Assembly (NCBI RefSeq): GCF_001194135.2
Contig: NC_068983.1
Location: forward strand, 108,210,927-108,274,926
Source: Octopus bimaculoides
Taxonomy: Eukaryota
Length of the DNA stretch: 64,000 nt
Direction: 5' to 3'
Position numbers and translations under genes: made by a program. The notes beneath the pieces were generated by a model that saw only the letters and a list, made by a program, of their open reading frames with translations, did not search any database and had not been told where the DNA came from. Below are positions 63,280 to 64,000 of the stretch, in pieces. Within the stretch, counting starts at the first letter, position 1. Every line of letters starts with the position of its first letter.

Positions 63280-63668
63280 TAGAAATAAGATCTAAATGCC
63301 CTTGTAGCCACAAGAAGCACATGTCTATGCACTGATAGGGGAGATAACTGCCCCACAGTGAGTGAGATCACCATACTAGTCTAGCTTCACTTTGAATTAA
63401 AGCTTATCAAACCATCACTGGATGTTGGCTATATCTCTTCTGTCAGTAGATAGTATTTGTCATACGAATCAGTGGCTGATCTAGCAAAATGGTAACATGA
63501 AAATTATAAAATAACTGCGGTGGGTATAAGTAATGAAAAACCCAAAATGGCTATATGGGCTTTTAGTTTTTATTTCTAGCAATGTAGGTGCTACCTTGCA
63601 CCATCAGTCACAGTTAGTGACAATTGAATTTTTCCTTTTTGGTTTTATATTGCATATAACTGTCTTCA

Positions 63669-64000
63669 TCTATATATATAAATATGAGAATGTGTGTCTG
63701 TCTGTCTGTCTGTCTGTCTGTGTGAATCCCTAAAACTCGAGAACTACGCAACCAATTTCATTCAAATTTTACAGATGCCTTACTTAGGGTTCCAGTTGTG
63801 TTTTAGTCAAAAAAATTTTTTAACTTCTTGCAGAGTTCGAGCCCACGCCAACATAATATCTCCTCCACTATTTATGTATTACGTGTCAAAAGTGAAACAA
63901 AAACACTCATGTCAAATACTTTCACTTTAAAAATGAAACTATTCCACTAACTGAAACAATCACATTTCGATACTGTAATGACAGATACTTTCAGAGAGAG
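63669..64000 (+). mobile_element. 5' end of a non-autonomous Helitron running off the window
   Basis: A/TC start, tctatatatataaatatgagaatgtgtgt(ctgt)n..aaaactcgagaactacgcaaccaatttcattcaaattttac, the typical Helitron 5' architecture. Confidence 0.7.

Overview
This is AT-rich, microsatellite-dense animal genomic DNA with nine N-gaps. Its repeat content (several tRNA-derived SINE families, RTE LINE tails, (CA)/(TA)/(GA) tracts) is most consistent with an octopus/coleoid cephalopod scaffold; that assignment is inferred, not searched. There is no long intact ORF: almost every ORF-track entry is a microsatellite, N-gap or low-complexity artefact. The recognisable coding remnants all belong to mobile elements: a TIR-bounded DD34D mariner (15441-16429), a Tc1/mariner N-terminal fragment (31545-32024), a Penelope-like GIY-YIG retroelement remnant (about 6750-8940) ending in a type I hammerhead ribozyme core, RTE LINE 3' ends, two Helitron-type elements and hAT-, piggyBac- and unclassified MITEs. 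CpG is strongly depleted from 1 to about 48.5 kb and again after about 56.4 kb, but retained in between. Together with an A/T strand skew that appears to flip near 55 kb, this suggests an unmethylated promoter zone between two divergently transcribed, mostly intronic gene bodies. I could not identify the host protein(s); only weak candidate exons are listed. No CRISPR array, rRNA, genuine tRNA gene or prokaryotic system is present. I found no well-supported novel multi-gene system. The best leads are RNA-structure ones (hammerhead ribozyme, long fold-backs, inverted SINE pairs) and an apparent locally templated insertion inside the mariner.
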